From: an uncultured Actinomycetes bacterium | Lineage (GTDB): Bacteria > Actinomycetota > Thermoleophilia > Gaiellales > Gaiellaceae | Reading direction: 5' to 3' | Length of the DNA: 64,000 bases | Assembly (NCBI GenBank): GCA_963733135.1 | Contig: CAVTBX010000005.1 | Coordinates: 77,450 to 141,449, forward strand | In this document: positions 32,572-41,496 of the stretch, one piece after another | Layout: each line of letters begins with the position of its first letter | How positions within the stretch are numbered: position 1 is the first letter of the stretch | The notes under the pieces: generated by a model | The model's input: the letters and a program-made list of their open reading frames with translations, nothing else | Databases searched by the model: none | What the model was told of the DNA's origin: nothing | Translations under genes and position numbers: made by a program

Positions 32572-32956
32572 GGCTCTTGATCCGATCCTGGGTCAGCTTC
32601 GCTTCTTCGATCGCCTGCTCGGGCACCGGCGGCGTTCCCTTCTTCACGCGGCTGAGCCCGACTAGGGCAAGCACGACGGCCACGAGTAGCAGGCCTCCGA
32701 AGACGATGAGCAGGGCAAGCCAGGTCGAGAGTGCCGTCGCAATCCCGGCAGCGGCCGCGGCGAGCCCGAAGCCGAACGCATAGAGGCCGAAGAGCGCAGC
32801 GCCGATGAGCAGCCCGGCACCCAGGCCGAGGTTCGTGGCCTTGCGCTTGAGCTCGAGGGAGGCGAGCTCCATCTCGAGGCGGGCGAGCGCGCTGGCGTGT
32901 TCGGCGACGCTCTTCGCTGAGCTGCCGACGCCGCCGTTAGTCGTTCGGGTGGGCAT
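32564..32956 (-). CDS. Actinobacterial Holin-X (phage_holin_3_6) family membrane protein
   Basis: 130 aa. An amphipathic N-terminus is followed by 2 long TM helices. Overlaps both neighbours. Confidence 0.68.
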   Translation of the reverse strand: MPTRTTNGGVGSSAKSVAEHASALARLEMELASLELKRKATNLGLGAGLLIGAALFGLYAFGFGLAAAAAGIATALSTWLALLIVFGGLLLVAVVLALVGLSRVKKGTPPVPEQAIEEAKLTQDRIKSHA

Positions 32957-33288
32957 GGCCCCTCCAGTCGATCAGCTTGGCGATCAGGATGCCTGCGGCG
33001 AACATCGCGCCGACGATGACGAGCGGATTCGGGCCGCCGCTCTTCTTCGCGCGCGGCGGCTGCGTCCCGACGGGAGCTGCCGGCAGGCTGGCCGGGTGTC
33101 CCGTCGGTCGGGGCCTCTCCTCGCGCGCGCGCGGCTATGAGACTCGGCTTCAGCTTCCGGAGGAAGGCGGCGTCGTCCGCGAGCGGCTGCGCCAGCTTGG
33201 CGGCCACACCGCCGCGCGCCGCAGCCTTCTGCGACAGATCGCGAAGCTTCGCGGAGCCCTTCTCGACTGATCCGTCGCCGCGCGTCAT
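32937..33288 (-). pseudogene. Small C-terminally anchored membrane protein, apparent +1 frameshift near 33060-33110
   Basis: The N-terminus (MTRGDGSVEKGSAKLRDLSQKAAARGG...) is in the frame of ORF 32662..33288. A convincing TM C-terminus (KKSGGPNPLVIVGAMFAAGILIAKLIDWRGHAHPND, stop at 32937) is in another frame with no usable start codon. Confidence 0.45.
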
Positions 33289-33413
33289 TTTTTCGTCGGC
33301 GGCGTTTCGCCGGTCGCTACCCGCCAGATCCGCGAGGCTAGCCGCCGAGCAGCCATCGTCGCGCCGGCCGCGAGCCCGGCGTAGAGCCCGGTCCAGAGCA
33401 GTTTCCGAAGCAT
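33285..33413 (-). CDS. Short DUF4235-like protein
   Basis: MLRKLLWTGLYAGLAAGATMAARRLASRIWRVATGETPPTKK. ATGA overlap with the next gene. It forms the tail of shadow ORF 33285..34118. Confidence 0.45.
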   Translation of the reverse strand: MLRKLLWTGLYAGLAAGATMAARRLASRIWRVATGETPPTKK

Positions 33414-33458
33414 GGCCTGGACGTTACCGCCCCGAGGCCGCCCTAAACAACCCTGGGC

Positions 33459-33464
33459 TACGAT
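33459..33464 (+). promoter_or_regulatory. -10 box TACGAT of tRNA-Thr
   Basis: GGGCTACGAT lies 11 nt before the mature 5' end. Confidence 0.45.
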
Positions 33465-33475
33465 GACCCGAAAGC

Positions 33476-33548
33476 GCCCTCTTAGCTCAGTTGGTAGAGC
33501 ACCTCCATGGTAAGGAGGGGGTCGACGGTTCGAGTCCGTCAGAGGGCT
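33476..33548 (+). tRNA. tRNA-Thr (GGT)
   Basis: Manual fold: acceptor GCCCTCT/AGAGGGC, D-arm GCTC-AGTTGGTA-GAGC, anticodon stem CCTCC/GGAGG, loop ATGGTAA, T-arm GACGG-TTCGAGT-CCGTC, discriminator T. Confidence 0.92.
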
Positions 33549-33760
33549 TGCAAAAGTCGCCGGAAATCGGCACTTGTTCACGTCGCTCGTTGTCGACTTC
33601 GGCGACACAGGTCGCACAGCCGTGACGCGGTGCCCATGGGGTCGATTATGCTGACGCCCTTTACGAGGAGGGCGGCGCAGGGAATCAAGGGCACCGGGTC
33701 GCACAGGCAGCAAGCACTCGATGTCGCCGCTGTGCGGCCGAGGATCGGAAAGCGGCACCG

Positions 33761-36181
33761 CTACGCGGAAACCAGTCCGAATCGACTCGCGTCGGCACGT
33801 TCCAATGGTACAGGACGGGGCCGACAGTTCACGTCCGTCAGAGGGCTTGACTTGCAGGGGTTTTCGCAGCGAAGTGACCACCTTTGTAAGCGTGCAAACG
33901 GCATGCGAACACCGCCACGAAGGCGCGCGAGAGCACGGCATTCTGGGCTGCTCGTAGGCGAAACCCCAGTGGAGGCCGGTGAAGATGGCGGTCGGCGTTC
34001 CCCACGGCTGCGTCGGTCGGCCGACCCACACGATCTGAGGGGCGGCTTTCGGGAGCGCCTCGGGCTGGACGGCGACGGCTCGACGCGGAGGATGCGCGCG
34101 GCCCAGTCCGGCAGCCACCAGTTCCAGCGGCCCAGGAGGGCGACGGCCGCGGGCGCGAGGACGCCGCGGATGATGGTCGCGTCGATGAGGATGCCGCCGC
34201 CGAGCGCGGTGGCGAAGATCTTCGCTTCGGTGCTTGGCTGGAGTGCGAAGGCGACGAAGGCAAGAAAGAGGATCAGCGCCGCGCTGGTGACAAGTCGGCC
34301 GGTGCGGCCGATTCCCTCGACGATGGCGGTCTCGGTCGAGCCGGTGCGGTCGTAGGCTTCGCGCATCCGGCTGATGATGAAGACCTGGTAGTCCATCGAG
34401 ATGCCGAAGAGGAAGGCGAACACGACGACCGGCAGCTCGACGTTGATCGCCTGGGTCGCCTCGATGCCCCAGATCGCCTCGGAGCCGATGCCCTTCTGGT
34501 AGACGAGCACGATCAGTCCCCAGGCTGCCGCGACTGAGAGCAGGTTCAGGAGGACGGCCTTCAGCGGCAGGATCAGCGAGCGGAAGGCGCGCGCGAGCAG
34601 GATGAAGGTGAGGATCGAGATCAGCGCGACCATCAGCGGGAAGTTGCCGTAGACGGCCCCGAGGAAGTCGGCGCCCTGCGCCGCCTCACCACCGATCGTC
34701 ACTTCTGCCGGTAGTGCCTCCGCGTCGGCACGTAGGCGGTCGAGCGTCTCGCGTCCAGCCGGAGAGTTCCCGTCCGCGGTCGGGATCACGACGACGATCG
34801 CCGTCCCGTCTCGGCGCCACTCGGCCGGTGCTGCGGCGCTGCGGACACCATCGACCTGCGCGAGCGCCTGCGCGACATCGCCGGGGTCGCCTGAGCGAAC
34901 GAGCGCGTCGAATGGCGAGAGCGGGCCGGTGCCGATGCCGGAGTCCTCCAGGTTCTCGAGACCGGCCCGAGCCGGCCCTTCCTTCGAGAGCGAGGCGGCG
35001 AGCGGGTTTCCGAGCTGGATGTTCGCGGCCGCCACCACCAGAGCAACGAGCACTGCGGTCGACGCGGCTGCCGCGGGCCAGCGGTGGCGCACGATCAGGC
35101 GCGCCCAGGCCGACCAGCCGCGACTGGCCTGCGCGTCGCGTCGATTGCGTGGCCAGTCGAGCCTCGGCCCGATCGTCGCCAGCACGACCGGTAACAACGT
35201 GACGGCCACGGCGACGCTGACGAGCGCGATCAGGAGGCCGGCGACGCCGATGCTGCGCATGAACGGCACCGGCAGAGCGAGCAGCGCGAGCAGCGAGATC
35301 GCCACAGTGGTGCCGCTGAAGACGACGGCGGTACCGGCGTGCTGCATCGCGTTTCGCACCGCCAGCTCGTTCGTGACGTCCGGCCGCTGCCGTTCCTCCC
35401 GCCAGCGGACGACGACGAGGAGCGCGTAGTCGATCGCGATCCCGAGCCCGATCAGCGCGACCAGGAACTGGACGATCACCGAGACGTCGGTGACGCTGGC
35501 GAGCGGCCAGACCAGCAGGAACGTCGTCGGGATCGCGACCAGCGCCATCAAGAGCGGCACAAAAGCCATAAACGAACGGAAGACGAAGACAAGGACGAGC
35601 AGCGCGCCAAGCGCCGCCACCAGCGTCCCCAGCAGGACGCCGGCACTACCCCCCTCGTTGTCCCCGACGGAGGCCCGGAGCGCGTCGAGCCCAGTCACCT
35701 CGACCGAGGATCCCCCGACGGTGACACCGTCGAGCGCGGCTTGCGCGGCACGGGCCTCCTCCTGCCCTGGGTCGACACCGCCCTTGGCAGGAATGTAGAC
35801 GAGCGCGAACGTGGTGCGGCCATCGTCGGAGACAAACGCCCGGTCGCCGGTCGAGGCGTACGAGGAGGTCATCGCCTGAGGGAGCGCCTCTTCCACTCGC
35901 GCCAGCGCCGCGTCGAGCTCCGCGCGCACACCCGCCGAATCGACCGTCTTCCCCTCTGGGAGGGTCACGACGGGCACGATCGGCGCGACGTCGCCGCCGG
36001 CGCCGTAGATCGCGGCGAGCTCCTTGTTCGTCTCGAAACCCTCACGGCCCGGAATGTTGAACTGCTGCGACAGCGCGTCGCCCGCCGGCCCGATCGCGGC
36101 GAATGCGCCGATCGTGACGGCGACCCAGAACCCGACAACCAGTCGCTTGTGGTCGAGAACCCATCCGGTCAGCGCGGTCAT
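33761..36181 (-). CDS. MMPL-family (RND superfamily) membrane transporter
   Basis: ATG 36181 with a GAGGAGGGG RBS. 12-TM MMPL architecture (two MMPL halves, ...LLGRWNWWLPDW near the normal C-terminus). The last ~110 codons are an Arg/Ser/Pro-rich tail that runs through the tRNA remnant. Confidence 0.82.
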   Translation of the reverse strand: MTALTGWVLDHKRLVVGFWVAVTIGAFAAIGPAGDALSQQFNIPGREGFETNKELAAIYGAGGDVAPIVPVVTLPEGKTVDSAGVRAELDAALARVEEALPQAMTSSYASTGDRAFVSDDGRTTFALVYIPAKGGVDPGQEEARAAQAALDGVTVGGSSVEVTGLDALRASVGDNEGGSAGVLLGTLVAALGALLVLVFVFRSFMAFVPLLMALVAIPTTFLLVWPLASVTDVSVIVQFLVALIGLGIAIDYALLVVVRWREERQRPDVTNELAVRNAMQHAGTAVVFSGTTVAISLLALLALPVPFMRSIGVAGLLIALVSVAVAVTLLPVVLATIGPRLDWPRNRRDAQASRGWSAWARLIVRHRWPAAAASTAVLVALVVAAANIQLGNPLAASLSKEGPARAGLENLEDSGIGTGPLSPFDALVRSGDPGDVAQALAQVDGVRSAAAPAEWRRDGTAIVVVIPTADGNSPAGRETLDRLRADAEALPAEVTIGGEAAQGADFLGAVYGNFPLMVALISILTFILLARAFRSLILPLKAVLLNLLSVAAAWGLIVLVYQKGIGSEAIWGIEATQAINVELPVVVFAFLFGISMDYQVFIISRMREAYDRTGSTETAIVEGIGRTGRLVTSAALILFLAFVAFALQPSTEAKIFATALGGGILIDATIIRGVLAPAAVALLGRWNWWLPDWAARILRVEPSPSSPRRSRKPPLRSCGSADRRSRGERRPPSSPASTGVSPTSSPECRALARLRGGVRMPFARLQRWSLRCENPCKSSPLTDVNCRPRPVPLERADASRFGLVSA
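33817..33849 (+). repeat. Remnant copy of the 3' end of tRNA-Thr (att-like direct repeat)
   Basis: GTCCGTCAGAGGGCTTG at 33833-33849 is identical to 33534-33550. The upstream TTCACGT versus TTCGAGT extends the similarity into the T-loop. Confidence 0.7.
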
Positions 36182-36195
36182 AACCCCTCCTCGGC

Positions 36196-36381
36196 TCACG
36201 AGCCTATGGCTGCTCGGCGGTGAGAGCGCATCATTTCACGAAAGATGATGGCGACCCGACCTGCGGCGACCTCGGCGAGCTCGGCGCCGAACGTCGCCAT
36301 CGCCCCCTGGCGCGCAAAGCTCGCGCGGACGCGCTCGGCGGCGGCAGCGTCAAGCGGTGCGGAGCTCAACGGTGCCGCCAT
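36196..36381 (-). pseudogene. N-terminal fragment of a PaaI/hotdog thioesterase
   Basis: ASFARQGAMATFGAELAEVAAGRVAI matches the first ~45 aa of PaaI-type proteins. The sequence then ends abruptly, abutting the MMPL start. Confidence 0.35.
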
Positions 36382-36694
36382 GCCCGTGTCGCGATCGCTA
36401 TCGCGTGCATCCTGGAGCTCGAGGTCACGCGTGCCGTACCGCGACCGGGGCGTGAAGCCGGTTCGCATACCTGAGCCGCGCGAGCATGAGGATGTGTCGA
36501 GACGCCGGTGAGGCCGAGGGTGATCAGCTGCGGGTCCAGCTCGTGCAGCCCGAAGATCGTCCAGCAGGAAAGCTCGCCGAGGATGAGCAGCCACGTTCCA
36601 GCGGAGATTCCGCTCGGCCGCGCCGTTGCGTCAGCACGTCTGAAAGAAGTCATCATGACTCACATATCAACCACTACCGCGGCAGTCGGAAGCA

Positions 36695-37324
36695 ATGAAC
36701 CACCCCGCCTCAATCACCATCACGGCGATCCTCGTTGCCGACCTGCTCGTTGAGGGCGAGCCGATGCCGCTCTACGTGCACGTCATCGACCATCCTGATG
36801 CGCGCGTGCTGGTCGACACCGGCATGACCGAGCTGCACCCGGCGGTGGTAGACGCGCTCAATCCCCGCCTCTATCCACTGAGCAAGCAGGACTTCGACCT
36901 CGCCGGCATCGACATCGTCGTCAACACACACCTGCACGCCGACCATTGCGGCGGCAACCACCTCTTCCCCGACAAGCCGATCTACGTCCAGCGTCGGGAG
37001 GTCGACGACGCCCACAGCGACGAGGACGAGTACCCCATTCGCGAATGGGTCGATGCGCCCGGCGTGCGGTACGTGCCGGTCGACGGCGAGCACGAGCTGC
37101 TGCCCGGGCTCCGACTCGTCCCGGCGCCGGGCCACACACCCGGCATGCAGATGGTCGTCGTCGAGACTGGCGGGCGCCCGGTCATCGTCGGCGGCGACGT
37201 GGCGGTGTGGTTCGGCGAGTTCGACGAGCCGCCCACCGAAGGCCGGCAGCGGGTCCTTGCACTCGACCCCGAGCTGGTCTGGCTCGCGCACGAGCACGAG
37301 CCGTGGCGACCCCGCACCGTCTAA
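36695..37324 (+). CDS. MBL-fold metallo-hydrolase (N-acyl-homoserine-lactonase-like)
   Basis: HLHADHCGG (HxHxDH) motif, plus downstream PGHTPG and a His/Asp ligand. Confidence 0.85.
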   Translation: MNHPASITITAILVADLLVEGEPMPLYVHVIDHPDARVLVDTGMTELHPAVVDALNPRLYPLSKQDFDLAGIDIVVNTHLHADHCGGNHLFPDKPIYVQRREVDDAHSDEDEYPIREWVDAPGVRYVPVDGEHELLPGLRLVPAPGHTPGMQMVVVETGGRPVIVGGDVAVWFGEFDEPPTEGRQRVLALDPELVWLAHEHEPWRPRTV

Positions 37325-37462
37325 GGCGTCACGCCGGGCCCCCGGCAACGCGTCGGGCCACGAGTCGATCGTCACGTTGACCATGTCCGACTCAGGTGAC
37401 TGGGCGCTCGGCTGGGCCAGTTCGGGAAGGTCCCCCTGGGCTCCCAATCGTAGGATCGTGAC

Positions 37463-37864
37463 GTGCCATTCACGCTCAGGAACATCAAGGAGGATCTGGA
37501 GGACATCGGCTCTAGATTCGACGGCGCGCCGGACCTGGAGTTCCGTGCGGCGACCAAGGCGCTCGAGCTTGAGAAATCCGGCCTGAGCTACCAGCGCGTC
37601 CCGCCCGGCTATCGCTTTCCGTACGGCCACACGCACGTGAAGCAAGAGGAGGTGTACGTGGTCGTGCGCGGGAGCGGGAGGATGAAGGTCGACGACGAGA
37701 TCGTCGAGCTCAAGGAATGGGACGCAGTCCGGGTCCCGCCCGGCGCGTGGCGAGGCTACGAGGCCGGGCCAGAAGGCCTCGAGATCCTCGTCATCGGCGC
37801 GCCCAACCTCGGTGAAGATCCGCGCGAAGACGTCGATGGCCAGCGCGACTGGTGGGCTGACTAG
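37463..37864 (+). CDS. Cupin domain protein
   Basis: 133 aa. Cupin motifs GHTHVKQEEVYVV and VRVPPGAWRG are present. Confidence 0.8.
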   Translation: MPFTLRNIKEDLEDIGSRFDGAPDLEFRAATKALELEKSGLSYQRVPPGYRFPYGHTHVKQEEVYVVVRGSGRMKVDDEIVELKEWDAVRVPPGAWRGYEAGPEGLEILVIGAPNLGEDPREDVDGQRDWWAD

Positions 37865-37995
37865 CCGAGTTTTCCGGACGTTTGATCGTCTCGGTCGCAG
37901 CACAAGCCGGCGCCCGACATCGAAGCCGTGACCTCGACTGGGCCGACGTTCGGGAATGACGCCTGAGGCTCTCCCGTCGCGAAAAGTTCAGTCCG

Positions 37996-38433
37996 CTAGC
38001 CGATCTGCTCGGCCAGCCCGATGAGGATCCCCTCAGGGCCTCGGACGTAACAGAGCCGATACTTATCCTCGTACTGCGCCAGTTCTCCAACCAACTCGGC
38101 TCCGTGCGGGCGGAGCCGGGCGAGCGTATCGTCGATGTCCTCCACGGCGAACATGACGCGTAGGTAGCCGAGAGCGTTCACCGGGGCGTTCCGGTGATCG
38201 GCGACCGCAGGCGGCGTGAGAAATCGCGAGATCTCGAGCCGGCTGTGGCCGTCCGGCGTGCGCATCATGGCGATCTCGGCGCGCATGTGGCGCAGGCCAG
38301 TGACGCGCTCTGCCCAGTCTCCTTCGACCGTGGCTCGCCCTTCGAGCTCGAGGCCGAGCTCGGCGAAAAAAGAGATAGCGGCATCGAGCGATTCCACCAC
38401 GATGCCGACGTTGTCCATCCGTTGAAGCGTCAC
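37996..38433 (-). CDS. VOC-family (glyoxalase/bleomycin-resistance/dioxygenase) protein
   Basis: 145 aa. MDNVGIVVESLDAAISFF...GPEGILIGLAEQ is typical of the VOC fold. Confidence 0.85.
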   Translation of the reverse strand: MTLQRMDNVGIVVESLDAAISFFAELGLELEGRATVEGDWAERVTGLRHMRAEIAMMRTPDGHSRLEISRFLTPPAVADHRNAPVNALGYLRVMFAVEDIDDTLARLRPHGAELVGELAQYEDKYRLCYVRGPEGILIGLAEQIG

Positions 38434-38597
38434 GCGGCCGACTCTAGTCCCGTTGTCGCTTCGACACGCCCACCGGACGAGCGCACCGGCTCATGGTTGC
38501 GCCGTCGGCACGCTGGCTTCGCTGTTCGTTCCTCTCCCGCTGACGTGCCCCAGTGTTCAGGAATGTTCCCCGGAGGTCGCGCTCTAAGGTAGAGGGC

Positions 38598-38999
38598 GTG
38601 TCGCCGCCCGTGACGCTTCCCCTGATCGACCACTTGGCCCTGCGAGTACGTGACGAGAGACGCAGCCGCACCTTCTACGAGCAGGCTCTCGAGCCGTTCG
38701 GAGTGAAGGTACTGGAGAGCTCGCGGGGGCCTGGGTTCGCCATCGAGGGCGGTGGAGACTTCTGGATCGAGGAAGGGGAACCCCCGGCCGCTCCCGTTCA
38801 TGTGGCCTTCGCCGCAGCCGACCGAGCCACTGTCGACAAGTTCCACCGCGCCGCTGTCGAAGCCGGCGGCCGCGACAACGGCGCGCCGGGTCTTCGCCCG
38901 CACTACCACGCCGGGTATTACGCAGCGTTCGTCATTGACCCCGACGGGAACAACGTCGAAGCGGTCTTCCACGGGGACCGCCAGCTGCCAGCCACGTGA
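38598..38999 (+). CDS. VOC-family protein
   Basis: In-frame GTG within ORF 38553..38999. IDHLALRVRD...HVAFAA...DPDGNNVEAV matches the family. Confidence 0.78.
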   Translation: MSPPVTLPLIDHLALRVRDERRSRTFYEQALEPFGVKVLESSRGPGFAIEGGGDFWIEEGEPPAAPVHVAFAAADRATVDKFHRAAVEAGGRDNGAPGLRPHYHAGYYAAFVIDPDGNNVEAVFHGDRQLPAT

Positions 39000-39039
39000 C
39001 ACTCGCTTGGGCCAGTGTTCGGGAATGTAACCCGAGCTT

Positions 39040-39552
39040 TTGCGGCAGCTAGCGTTAACGGCCGTGCGGGAGGGCTCGGGACCGCTTGTCCTTCGCGAGA
39101 TCGAAGATCGTGATCTCGGGGTTCTGTTCGAGCACGCGACGGATCCCGACGCGATCCGGATGGCCGCGTTCACTTCGCCGGATTTTGACGATCGAACCGC
39201 CTTTGGGCGACGGTGGGCGCGGCTGAGGAGCGACGGCTCAACGACGAACAGGGTCGTCGAGGTCGACGGTCGGGTCGTGGGTCACATCGCGAGCTTCGAC
39301 TTGGAGGGCCAGCGCGAGGTCACCTACTGGATAGGCCGTGAAGATTGGGGCCGCGGCCTAGCCACGCGTGCTCTACAAGAGTTCTTGCAGGTGGAGGCAA
39401 CCCGTCCTCTCTACGCTGGCGCTGCGAGCGACAACGTCGCGTCGATTCGTGTGTTGACCAAGTGCCGCTTTCGTATCGTGGGCGAGAGGCGCGCGTTCGC
39501 CCATGGGCGCAACGAGGAAACGGACGAGCTCGTGCTCCGACTCGATCCATGA
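39040..39552 (+). CDS. GNAT-family N-acetyltransferase
   Basis: 170 aa, TTG start. WGRGLATRAL is the acetyl-CoA-binding motif. Confidence 0.85.
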   Translation: MRQLALTAVREGSGPLVLREIEDRDLGVLFEHATDPDAIRMAAFTSPDFDDRTAFGRRWARLRSDGSTTNRVVEVDGRVVGHIASFDLEGQREVTYWIGREDWGRGLATRALQEFLQVEATRPLYAGAASDNVASIRVLTKCRFRIVGERRAFAHGRNEETDELVLRLDP

Positions 39553-39719
39553 CCCCAACCGCCCTCGGCTGCGCCAGTCTGCCGCGATGACGCCCGAAGA
39601 AGTGAGGCTGGATCTGGCCGGACCGACGAGTTCTCGGTGGCTTGTCGGTCTCCATTGCGCGGGTGTCCGCAGCTGGGTGAGATGCGGCCGGAGCAGGCCG
39701 CCGGGAAAGGAGTCGTGAG

Positions 39720-39952
39720 ATGACGCGGTATCTGATCTCGTTCGATGACGGCGCAATGACGTTTCCCGAGGAGGATCTCCCCGACGTGGCCGAGGCAGCG
39801 CACGCGGTGGTGCAAGCAAGGCGTACATCGGCGGATTCTCGGTTGCCGACGTTCCCTCACGTGAGGAGGCGCTGGAGTGGGCTGGCAGGATCGCCGTCGC
39901 CTGCCGTTGTGCGCAGGAGGTTCGCGAGTTCGTGCCCGGCTCTGCGCCCTGA
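39720..39952 (+). pseudogene. YciI-like protein with an internal out-of-frame deletion
   Basis: The N-terminus MTRYLISFDDGAMTFPEEDLPDVAEAAHAVVQ is in one frame. The C-terminus KAYIGGFSVADVPSREEALEWAGRIAVACRCAQEVREFVPGSAP (stop 39950-39952) is in the -1 frame. About 40 central codons of the family are missing. Confidence 0.55.
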
Positions 39953-40145
39953 TCAAGGCCATCCGCGAGAGGCGGCGGAAGGCGTTTCGCGTTTCGCCGT
40001 TCGCCCACCAACGCCTGCGCCAGTGTTCCGGAAGGACGCCACGGCGCCGCTTGCCCCAGCGTTACGAAGGGCCGCACGATCGAGCGAAGCGCCGGGTGCA
40101 CCAAATCGCCTCTCACCAGTGATTCGCCAGGTGAGGGTGGAGCGT

Positions 40146-41390
40146 CTATCGAGAACTGGTCGCCCGCGCTCGAGCCTGACCGTCGCGCGGGCCCACGAGC
40201 CGCCAGGTCTCGACCGCGCCTTTGCCCTTCACGTCGACACGCCCCAACGGCTCGGCCACGAAGTCGTCGCGCAGGAGCTCCCACGTCGAGCGAGTGATCT
40301 GGATGGCGTCGGGGGTCCCGTGGGACTCCATCCTGCTCGCCATGTTCACGGTGTCGCCCCAGAGGTCGTAGAGGAAACGGCGGCGCCCGATCACGCCCGC
40401 CACGACCGGTCCCGAGCTGATGCCGATGCGGAGGCGCAGGTTGTGCTCGGTGTCTTCGGGAAGGCAGTCCTTCGCGCACTCGCGCATTTCGAGCGCGAGC
40501 CCCGCCAGCGCGTGTGCGTGATCCGGCCGCTGCCTAGGTACGCCCGCCGCGACCATGTAGCAATCGCCGATCGTCTTGATCTTCTCGACGTCGTGGCGGT
40601 CGACGAGCTCGTCGAAGCTCGTGAAGAGCCGATTGAGGAGCTCGACCACCTCGCGCGCGTCGAGTCGGCTCGAGAGCGGCGTGAAGTCGACGACGTCCGC
40701 GAACAGGATGCTCGTGTCGTCGAAGTGGTCGGCGATCGAGTTGGGATCTGACTGGAGGCGCTGCGCGACCTCGGCCGGGAGCACGTTGAGCAGGAGCGCC
40801 TCGACGCGCGCCTGCGCGGTCTCCCGTCCTCGCGCGAAGGTGACGAGCAAGAGCATCGCCACGAACGAGACGAGAACGATGTTGAGCACGTCGAACGTGC
40901 GGACGAAGCCGTTGGGGAGATCGGCGCCGTCCGGCCGAACGACCTCTGAGAGAGCGACCGAGAGCAGGATCGCGGCGACGAAGGCTCCGAACCACGGCCA
41001 GGCACGGCCCGGCCTGTCGAACGCGACCGCCCCGAGCGGCGCTAGCAGCGACCACATGAGCACCGAGCTCGACTCATCGATGCCGCCGACCATGATGGTC
41101 CCCAGCGCCGGCGCGACGAGGATCAGTAGGAACTGCGCCGTGCGCAGGAAGGCGAAGCTCCGGGTTCGCGCGAAGACCGCGAGGCTGATTACCGACCCGG
41201 CGACGTAGGCCCACGGCGTGAGCGCGACTCCATGCTCGCCGAAGGCCCAGTACATACAACCCCAGGCGAAGGCCACCGGAAGGATGAGGAGCGCCACTCC
41301 GACGAGGAGGCGCTTCCGGGAGCGCTCGTCCGCCGAGTCGCCTGGGTCTGCGCCGATGGAGAGGGCCCGATCGAGGAGCGCCGCGGTCAT
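40146..41390 (-). CDS. Class III adenylate/guanylate cyclase with 6-TM N-terminal domain
   Basis: The catalytic domain reads ILFADVVDFT...KTIGDCYMVAAG...DLWGDTVNMASRMES. Confidence 0.85.
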   Translation of the reverse strand: MTAALLDRALSIGADPGDSADERSRKRLLVGVALLILPVAFAWGCMYWAFGEHGVALTPWAYVAGSVISLAVFARTRSFAFLRTAQFLLILVAPALGTIMVGGIDESSSVLMWSLLAPLGAVAFDRPGRAWPWFGAFVAAILLSVALSEVVRPDGADLPNGFVRTFDVLNIVLVSFVAMLLLVTFARGRETAQARVEALLLNVLPAEVAQRLQSDPNSIADHFDDTSILFADVVDFTPLSSRLDAREVVELLNRLFTSFDELVDRHDVEKIKTIGDCYMVAAGVPRQRPDHAHALAGLALEMRECAKDCLPEDTEHNLRLRIGISSGPVVAGVIGRRRFLYDLWGDTVNMASRMESHGTPDAIQITRSTWELLRDDFVAEPLGRVDVKGKGAVETWRLVGPRDGQARARATSSR

Positions 41391-41496
41391 GACGGGCGAG
41401 CCTAGACGACGCGTGCTCGTAGGTTTCGGGGTGAACAGTTCGAGCGGCCCGCCGGAGCTGGCGCACTAGAGAACCTGCTGTGCGGGTGTCGTTCGC

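Noticed and set aside
32564-32956. Holin gene as evidence of a prophage or lysis cassette
   Set aside because: There is no endolysin, terminase, capsid, tail or integrase gene nearby. The neighbours are DUF3618 and DUF4235-type proteins, a combination that looks cellular.
33549-33816. Integrated mobile element between tRNA-Thr and its 3' remnant
   Set aside because: Only about 280 bp lie between the repeats, with no credible ORF. I report it as a scar, not as a mobile element.
33900-34060. Minus-strand frame reading IVWVGRPTQPWGTPTAIFTGLHWGFAYEQPR, which looks faintly protein-like
   Set aside because: It is short and flanked by nonsense, with no start codon or family that I can recognise. 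It may be debris from the rearranged region.
36366-36656. 96-aa ORF with a membrane-like segment (ISAGTWLLILGELSCWTIFGLHELDPQLITLG)
   Set aside because: Only about 35 residues look protein-like. The rest is compositional noise, and it overlaps the thioesterase fragment. I treat it as a probable gene remnant, not as a gene.
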